Of a stretch of DNA of 64,000 bases, positions 56,540 through 64,000 are shown piece after piece. Within the stretch, counting starts at the first letter, position 1. Every line of letters starts with the position of its first letter. Below the pieces are notes generated by a model, which had not been told where the DNA came from, searched no databases, and saw nothing but the letters and a program-made list of their open reading frames with translations. The DNA is from a virus (taxonomy: Duplodnaviria > Caudoviricetes), in IMG/VR virus record IMGVR_UViG_3300028792_000003, positions 1 through 64,000 of that record; one strand, given 5' to 3'. A program made the translations under genes and the position numbers.

Positions 56540-59384
56540 ATGCGCTACTACATCGGGTTCCTGATCGCCGTTGGTCTCGTGACCTGCGGGCTGATCATCG
56601 GCCTGCACCCCGTCAGCACCTGGCAGAACATGCTCATCGGCGGGTGCGGTTCTGCACTACTGCCCCGGCAGAACTACGGGTGCACGGGCACGCATTCCAC
56701 GCTCAGTCTGGTCGGTGCCTATGGCCTGATCGGGTTCGGGCTGCTGGTCGCTGCACTGACGCCGCTCTATGGGAAGAAGTGAAGACAGATGAACGAGATC
56801 TCTACCGATGCCCAGGGAGGCCAAGTGAGCACCACACCGCGCCCGTGGTGCTGCCCCGAGCCACGCTGCACGCCGATTCACTCGCTCCAGGGCGGCGACA
56901 AGCCGCTAGACGAGCCCGACTCCGGAGAGTCGTTCTTCTGCTTTGGCGAGGCACCTCAGGTGGTGTTCATCTACGACGGCGTTGAGCACGTCAACGACAC
57001 CCGATCCTGCGCCTACACGCCGCTCAAAGGAGTCATCTCGTGGCAGGAGAACGCCGAGGACTGGAGGGCTCTCTCAAACGCCTACAGTCGAGCGAGCCGG
57101 GCCCTGGAAGTGCACCGATCTGAGCGGGAGGCGGGCGATGAGTGAGCACACCGCCGACTATGACGTGCCTGTCGCGCCCAGGTTCCTGACGGGCAAGCGG
57201 CCCGGCGTGAACGTGGACCGCATCGACGTAGGGGCCGGGCTCCGTCGCCTCGAAGCCTTGGGGTGGAGTCAGCAGGGTGACGCTCGCACGTTCATGGTGA
57301 TCCATTACGCCTTGCAGCGTTGGGCTCGTGGCGAAGAGGCCGAGGCTGAGCGGCTGGCAATCGCCCAGGGCGAGACCGATCCGACGTTCATTGCAGCCGC
57401 CATCGACCTGACCTCGTGGCGTGTCGTGCTGGCGTCCGCGATGACCGGAGCAGCGCAGGTCATTCCGCCCGCTGTGACCAAGGAGACACGACATGCCGAG
57501 TGAGATGACGACCGAGAGCGTGGAGGCGCTGGCTGCGGGGCTGGCGGGGCACGAGGCCGACGTGAGCCCTTACGACGCGGCTAGCATCTACGGCTGCCGT
57601 TGCGGCTGGACGTTGACCACAGAGCAGAAGCATGTCGACGACTACGGCTGGAGCGCCTATCGCATTCACGTTGTCGAGGCCCTCATTGCTTCCGGTGCTG
57701 TCTTGCTTGCCCAAGACGTACGGCACGAAGCACTTCGGGAGTTGGCCAAGAAGTGGCAGTGGAATGAGTGGACCACGCTCACTGCCCAGTTCAAGAAACA
57801 GTCGCTGATCGGGACTGCTCAGGTTGTGACCGACTGGCTCTGGCATTACGCCAATAAAGAGAAGAGAGAAGACGTATGAATCCTCCATACTCAGATTCAG
57901 CCTGTGTGTTCTGCAACCTGGACAAGATCGCCAACCCGGTGGAGAGGTGGGTCGCCTCAGTTCACGGAATAGTCTGCTTTGTCTTCGAGCCGCTCAACCC
58001 CGTTGTGCCGGGGCACTTGCTGGTGGTTCCGGAGAAACACGTCGAGAACGCGACTGTCTCGCCTTGTACTGCTGCGGGAGCGATGGAACTAGCAGCGATG
58101 GTCGCAACTCGCTATTCGTCCGCGAACATCATCACCTCCATCGGCGCTCCGGCTACTCAGTCGGTCATGCACCTGCACCTGCACGTCGTGCCTCGCCAGG
58201 AGAACGACGGCCTGCACCTGCCGTGGACCAACCAGACAGCCAATCGGTAGAGAGACGGGAGAACAACAGCAACATGATGTGCGACGGAGTAAGCGAGTCC
58301 GGTGGGTTCACCACCCTGGAAGTTGATTGGCTCAGAGTTCTGTCCCGCGCCGACTCACAGTGTCAGCGTGACGACGACAGCAGCATGCGGGCACTGGAGT
58401 ACTTGAACAACATCGGCGTGGTCCGGGTGGTGTCCGAGACAAGTCAGATGATCAGACTGCGACTGACCAGGCCCCGGGACGAGGAAACCCGGAACAGGGT
58501 CGTCCAGACCCCGGAACAGGCCCAGAAAGCCCGCACAGACGCTCTGGTGGCTTCCCACACGGGTGCTGACGACAGAAAGGAAGGCTGACTGCGGTGAACG
58601 AGCCGAACGAGGACTTCATCGTCCCGCAAATCAGAGCCCATGGGATGGCACGAGTCGGGACACGGGTCCATATTGACTACCCGACGACGGCCGTGGTCGA
58701 GGACAGGAACGCACCCAAGGTCATGTTCTGCCGCACGGTGGTGGTCCGGGGAGAACTCGAATCCGGAGACCTGCCCATGTGCGAGGACTGCGTGAAGCGG
58801 TACCTGGACTACTGCCACGCGGTGGCGAACATGCACTACGAGCAGGCCAGGAACATCGTCGAGGCCATGACGGAAGACGCCCAGAAGAGAGAGGAAGGCC
58901 AGTGAGCAATCCGGCCAACGACGACTGGGAGAAGGAGAACCGGTACCCGACCCCCGAGGAGTGGGTAGCCCGGTTCGAGAGCCTGAGCCACGAAGACAGG
59001 CTGAAGAGCGCGGCGTGGGCCATCCAGAACTGGCATGACTCGCGGGAGTGCTTCCTGCTCAACCACGCGGAAAGACTCGCGGCACAGGACCAGCAACTCC
59101 GGGAGGCACACATTCGGATCAGGCGCATGGAGCAAGACGGCCAGCGCTTCTACGGTGTGGGCGGGAATGAGAGCGGCCTGAAGACCGACGACAGTGGGCG
59201 GGTGACCACTCCCGTCTTCTTTGTCTGCCCGGTGTGCATGTCCGAGGTGAAGAACATCGTCGGACTCGTGGAAGCGCACTTGCGGAGCGGGAACTCGATC
59301 TGTCCCGCGTCAGACACCCCGCTGATGTACCGGATGCAGGAAGAGCCGGGAGAACAAGCCCCTGACGACACGCGGCGGGAGTAG
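56540..59384 (+). other. Cluster of small hypothetical genes around the HIT gene
   Basis: Overlapping start/stop ORFs (56540, 56789, 57138, 57493, 58273, 58594, 58902). Confidence 0.55.
57876..58250 (+). CDS. HIT-family nucleotide hydrolase
   Basis: 'CVFC', 'P..PGHLLVVP..H', 'Q.V.HLHLHVVPR'. Confidence 0.9.
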   Translation: MNPPYSDSACVFCNLDKIANPVERWVASVHGIVCFVFEPLNPVVPGHLLVVPEKHVENATVSPCTAAGAMELAAMVATRYSSANIITSIGAPATQSVMHLHLHVVPRQENDGLHLPWTNQTANR

Positions 59385-59624
59385 CAACTTCCTCGGCGTA
59401 CACCCCGTACAGTCCCAGGATACGTAGAGAGATGTACGGGGAAGCAGAAGAGGGACCAGCAGACAGTCAGCAGCAAGCCAAGCAGACAGCCAGCAATAGA
59501 CCGGCAATAGACCGGCAGAACTGCTCAAGAACATGGCACTAAGTTGGATGGTCAGAACCAGCAGAAACCACGTCTGACCTCGAAGAACATGATGATCAGC
59601 CTATCGACAGTAGGGACCAGCAAG

Positions 59625-60677
59625 ATGGCAGGCAGCACGACTGAGGGACAGGCAGAGGGGAAGACGGATGCTCCTCAGCCCAAAAAGCGTGCAACGAATC
59701 GTTCAACTTCAGCAGCGAAGAAAACGGGGGTGAAAAAGACTGCTCAGAAGACGGCTCAGAGGGGGGTGAAAAAGGCATCCAACTCCGTACAACGTCGCAC
59801 GCCTGCGAAGAAGCCCAAGATCAAGAAGGACGGCACTCCGGTACGCAAGCCGTCGAACGCGAAGCACAACTACGAAGAGGCACGGGGCATCTATGTAGAA
59901 GGCGTCCCGAAAGACCCCTCGAAACCGGACGGCGACAGGACATGGCTGAACATGTCCGAACTGTCAGAGCGCACCGGAATCCCCTACGTGCGGATCAGGC
60001 AGCGTTCCAGCGAAGAGCGATGGCCTGACCAGCGGGCGCAGTTCCAGCAGAAGATCTCCGCCAAGAGACTGGAACTCCGCGCCGAGTCGCTGGCCCGGGA
60101 AACCATCGACTTCGAGGACAAGACGCTCGACGTTGCCAAGATGGGCACCAAACTGGTCACGGTGCGGATGGCAGAGATCGCCCGCGAGGTCCGGGAGTAC
60201 GAGCAGAAGCGCGCTGCGGTCAAGGTGAAGTTGGATGCCGGAGTAGCCGTCGAGCCGTGGGAACTGAAGTACCTGAAGACCGCCATCGGAGCGGGCGAAC
60301 TGGAACGTCTTGCCAACGCGGCCACCAAGTTCCAGGAGATCGGCCTGAAGGCGCTGAACGCGGACATCATCCGGGCGGAAATCTCCGGCCCGAACGGTGC
60401 ACCCATCCAGTCGCAGGTGGAACACACGATCTCGGTGGTGCAGGAACTGAACCGCGACGACCCGGACCGCCTCGGTGCGTTCCTGTCGGCAGCAGCCAAC
60501 GCTGGCATCTTCGATCAACTCGCTGCCATCGACGTGGACGCGGAAGAAGACGACGAGCACTGGGAGCCTCACCCCCGGGAAATCGAGGCCCAGCAGCAGC
60601 AGCGGTTCCAGCAGGACTCGGCACACGAACGGGCAGACAGCCAGCCCGAAGAAGAATCAGACACAGAAGGGGAATGA
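59625..60677 (+). CDS. Putative terminase small subunit
   Basis: Basic N-tail; HTH 'MSELSERTGIP...W'; coiled coil; 'EISGPNGAPI' motif typical of TerS. Confidence 0.6.
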   Translation: MAGSTTEGQAEGKTDAPQPKKRATNRSTSAAKKTGVKKTAQKTAQRGVKKASNSVQRRTPAKKPKIKKDGTPVRKPSNAKHNYEEARGIYVEGVPKDPSKPDGDRTWLNMSELSERTGIPYVRIRQRSSEERWPDQRAQFQQKISAKRLELRAESLARETIDFEDKTLDVAKMGTKLVTVRMAEIAREVREYEQKRAAVKVKLDAGVAVEPWELKYLKTAIGAGELERLANAATKFQEIGLKALNADIIRAEISGPNGAPIQSQVEHTISVVQELNRDDPDRLGAFLSAAANAGIFDQLAAIDVDAEEDDEHWEPHPREIEAQQQQRFQQDSAHERADSQPEEESDTEGE

Positions 60678-60685
60678 ACGGGGAG

Positions 60686-62239
60686 ATGGCAAGAACCAGC
60701 ACGACCAACAGCAGCACCACCAGCAAGAACAGCAGCAAGAACAGCACGGTCAAGAAGGACACCCGCAAGACGGAGCACGACGGGCAGCACAGCAGCAAGT
60801 TCATGTGCGGGTCCGTCAAGGAGTTCGACGGCACGAACATCAAGTGCTGGAAGCGTAAGCACTCGACGGACGAAAAGTGCATGGCCACGGTGCCCAAGGG
60901 CTCCGGCCCGGCAGGTGGCTTCCAGACGATCTACTGGCAGAAGGACTGACTGGCTGATGGACAAGCACGAGCAAGACAGCAGCGCTACCGACGACAGCAG
61001 CAACCGCGTGGTGCTGGTGGTCGCGTTCGACATGCAGGACCAGTACACGCTCAGGCAGGTGCACAGCACCGTGCTGGAGGCCATCACCAAGAACCTCCCC
61101 GAACTCTCGCCGGAAGACATCCGCCCCAGGGTGTACGCGGCACTGCCGCCACTGTCCGTCAACGTGGAAGACCTCTTCGCCAACGATCTTGACGGCGAAC
61201 CGACCAACCAGCACCAGGCAGACAACCAGGCAGACAAGAAGGAGGGCACGGATGACTAGCAGTTCTGCCAGCAGTCAAGGCCGCAGTTCAGGCAGTAGTC
61301 CAGGCAGCAGCAAGAGCAGGCGCATCCGCAAGGGCCAGAAGGACGTCATGCGGTCTGCCTACGAGGCTGGTTACCGGGCTGGCTATTCCCGCAGCCGGGA
61401 CAGTTCTGCCAGCAGCCACTTCGAGGACTGGTACGCCCTGTTCAACGGCACGGCTGATGTCTACCACTCTGCTGATCGTCCGGCTGATCGTCCGGGCTAT
61501 CACCCGACAGACAGTCTCAGCCCAGAGGTGCGGGAGCAGAACACCAATCCCGAACTGGCCGCTCACATCGCAGACCAGATCAGCCTGGCAGTCGGCATGC
61601 CGGTCACGGTCAGCGACGACCTCAGCCTGGTCAGCACGGGCAGCACGGTCACCCGGGAAGAGGCTGATCTGATCAAGGAGGCTTTCCGGAAGGCTGGTCA
61701 GCATGACTGACACCGAGAAGTTGCACGTCAAGCAGGACGTGCTGGCCATGAAGATGCACAGGGAGCACGTCTACGAAAGCAAACCCAGTACCGCGTGGGA
61801 TCAGTTGCCCCGGGAGACGCAGGCCGCACTGGCTAAGACGTGCGTCTGCTGGTCAGCCGCTGGGTGGATCATCAAGTCCGGCGTGTTCGAGGAACTCGAA
61901 ACGAAGATCACCAGCCGGGTCGAACAGCGCATCGAACACGACGACCAGGAGAAGCAGCAGGTAGTCACTACCAAGCCACTTTTCGATGCTGTCCGTCTCG
62001 GCGGAGCGTTCAACGTTTCTAACACCCTGCTCGGCCTGCTCGGCGACCTGATCACCGGCGACCCGTGGGACACCCGGGCAGCAAAAGCAGTCAGCGAGCC
62101 CCTGACCACTGACACGATCAGCAAGGCCAAGCAGGCGGTGCAGGAAACCCTGAGCACCGACCAGTACCAGGCACGGCTGGCCTGGGAGCAGGTTCTGTTC
62201 AAGCCCGACAACTCAGTCATCATCAGCGACGTCATCTAA
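60686..62239 (+). other. Hypothetical genes (60686-60949, 60957-61259, 61252-61710, 61703-62239)
   Basis: Coupled ORFs with SD sites. Confidence 0.55.
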
Positions 62240-62289
62240 GCCCGAGCCACTTACCCCGTGCCATCTAAGCCCAGACAGGGATGCCTCAC

Positions 62290-63627
62290 ATGAGTACTCG
62301 CAAGAAGAGCACCGGTACCAACTTCAACTCCGTCGCGCTGTCAGCACAGGCGCTGAAGCAGATCAGGCTGGCCAAGAGCCACGGGATCAAGATTCCGTTC
62401 CGGGCCTACCGCGCAGCCAAGCGAGCGGGCATCCCGTTCTACGTGGCGTGTGCGTTCTTGGTGCAGGAGTCCAACGGCGGGGAGAACGTCTTCGGACACG
62501 ACCCGGGGAACTTCTCCGGTGCGGGCACGGTCACCCGGGCCAAGTACTTCCGGTACAAGCAACTGCGCGCAGAGGGTCACGGCATGCAAGGGGTCGGGCC
62601 GTGCCAGTTGTGTGTTGACCCTGACAGCCTGATCCTCACTTCGGATCTGCGCTGGGAAAAAGCATCCAAGGTCACCGAGGGTATGGAGATCATCGCCTTC
62701 GATGAAGAGGGGACGCCGGACAAGCGACACACCACTAAGCGTCGATACTTCAGGACTGCTCGGGTGGACGGCATGTTCGTGTCCGACATGCAGCGGGTCC
62801 GGATCGTCACCGACAAGGGCTCGGTGATCGTCACGCCAGAGCACAAGTTTCTTACTCACCGACCCGAGAGGTACACATGGAAGGAAGCGCAGTACTTGCA
62901 GGTAGGTGACTTGATTCCAGACGTGCCGACGTGGACTGAAGACGACATCTATGAGGCGGGATACGTTGCGGGGCAGTTTGACGGCGAGGGATGCCTGACG
63001 GTAGGCGAAGGTGCTAACGGCCAGGCATATGGCAGGCTCCTTTGGTCACAGAAGGAATCCAGCCCTGACGTGCAGTACATGGAAGCGCTGATCGAGGATT
63101 TCGGCTTTGAAGTGAGACGGCATAACGCACCTGGTCGTGGCTGGAATGGTGAGCGAGGTAACGGACCAGTTGCCCATCTCGTTATTGGTGGCAGTTGGCT
63201 GGAAACGTTGCGTTTCCTTGGTACGTTCCGCCCACGTCGGATGCTGCGTCACCCTCGTCTGCGTGAAGTCTGGGAAAACCGACAGTTGAACGGCTGCGGC
63301 AGGCAGACAGTACTGGCCATTGAGCCACTTGACGATGGGCCAATGGTTGCGCACAAAACCAGTACGAGCACCTTGATCGTTAACGGCCTGCTTTCGCACA
63401 ACACCTGGTGGGAGTTCCAAGACGAGGCAGACGCCGCAGGAGGCTGCTGGAGGCCCTACGTCAACATGCTGGTGGCATTCCGCCACCTGGCCACGTTGCG
63501 GCGCTCTATGGGCACCTGGAAGGACGCTGCGCGCAGGTACAACGGCAGCGGCCCCGCCGCAGACAGGTACGCCGACCAGATGGAGCAGCGGTTCAACCAC
63601 TGGGTGCGGGTAGTCGGGAGCAAGTGA
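62290..63627 (+). CDS. Lysozyme-like/lytic transglycosylase (probable endolysin) containing an intein
   Basis: Catalytic 'QES'; 'GVGPCQL|T'; 'ARRYNG.G..A..YA'. Confidence 0.8.
   Translation: MSTRKKSTGTNFNSVALSAQALKQIRLAKSHGIKIPFRAYRAAKRAGIPFYVACAFLVQESNGGENVFGHDPGNFSGAGTVTRAKYFRYKQLRAEGHGMQGVGPCQLCVDPDSLILTSDLRWEKASKVTEGMEIIAFDEEGTPDKRHTTKRRYFRTARVDGMFVSDMQRVRIVTDKGSVIVTPEHKFLTHRPERYTWKEAQYLQVGDLIPDVPTWTEDDIYEAGYVAGQFDGEGCLTVGEGANGQAYGRLLWSQKESSPDVQYMEALIEDFGFEVRRHNAPGRGWNGERGNGPVAHLVIGGSWLETLRFLGTFRPRRMLRHPRLREVWENRQLNGCGRQTVLAIEPLDDGPMVAHKTSTSTLIVNGLLSHNTWWEFQDEADAAGGCWRPYVNMLVAFRHLATLRRSMGTWKDAARRYNGSGPAADRYADQMEQRFNHWVRVVGSK
62611..63402 (+). mobile_element. Intein (264 aa) with one clear LAGLIDADG motif
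   Basis: Starts CVDPDS; 'VTPEHKF'; 'YVAGQFDGEG'; ends 'LIVNGLLSHN'; +1 residue Thr. Confidence 0.92.
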
Positions 63628-63628
63628 G

Positions 63629-64000
63629 ATGCCTGACAACCTTGACAACCTTGACAACTCTGGCAGCAATGACAGCCATGACGGCCTGGATGGCCCGACT
63701 GTCGAGGACTACGTACGGGCCACGGCCGAAGCGTTCGGCCTGGACCCTGATCAGGCGACTGATCATCTGAAGCGGGAGTTCCAGTACGCACAGGACCAGA
63801 TGCGGGAGCGGCTGACTCACCAGCGTGACCTGATGCCCAGGCCCTACATCGGGATGACGGTGCACTACACCAGTTTTGGCACTCCCAACGGCGAGTACCC
63901 CAGCCAGTGCCGGGCAGCGGTCGTCACGGAGGTCATGGGCAAGGTCCCTGCTGACGCCAACGTGCACGTGTCACTGTGCGTGCTCAACCCGTCGGGTCAG
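63629..64000 (+). CDS. Hypothetical protein (partial, runs off the window)
   Basis: ATG at 63629; frame open to the end (MPDNLDNLDN...GMTVHY...CRAAVVTEV...). Confidence 0.6.
   Translation, partial: MPDNLDNLDNSGSNDSHDGLDGPTVEDYVRATAEAFGLDPDQATDHLKREFQYAQDQMRERLTHQRDLMPRPYIGMTVHYTSFGTPNGEYPSQCRAAVVTEVMGKVPADANVHVSLCVLNPSGQ

Noticed and set aside
63634-63658. TGACAACCT tandem repeat
   Set aside because: An in-frame 9-nt coding repeat (DNL); no evidence of a separate function.

Overview
This window is about 64 kb of a large, high-GC tailed phage with a contractile (myovirus-type) tail. The host is most likely an actinobacterium, inferred from codon usage and from Lsr2-like and DUF3109-like genes. 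Layout from left to right: (1) 218-16835 (+): neck, sheath, tube, frameshifted tail chaperone, tape measure, baseplate and fibre genes. (2) 17032-18649 (+): holin-like membrane proteins. (3) 18896-22356 (-): primase, HNH, DnaB and a histone-like protein. (4) 22357-25126: a 2.7 kb divergent non-coding region with an origin-like pyrimidine tract and a densely structured candidate ncRNA of about 1.35 kb. (5) 25127-64000 (+): AAA/VWA pair, SSB, DnaE, RecA, resolvases, Cas4-like nuclease, a ParB-DUF4417/agmatinase/histone-like/JAB/Cys-rich cluster, tRNA-Leu(CAA), a probable small terminase and a lysozyme-like endolysin. Three LAGLIDADG inteins are present, two of them in the catalytic motifs of peptidoglycan hydrolases. 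No large terminase, portal, capsid, integrase, reverse transcriptase or CRISPR array is visible. The strongest novelty candidates are the agmatinase-histone-JAB cluster, the large structured RNA, intein-gated muralytic enzymes, and restriction-site avoidance matched by a single tRNA. All calls were made by eye from motifs and synteny; no database searches were run.
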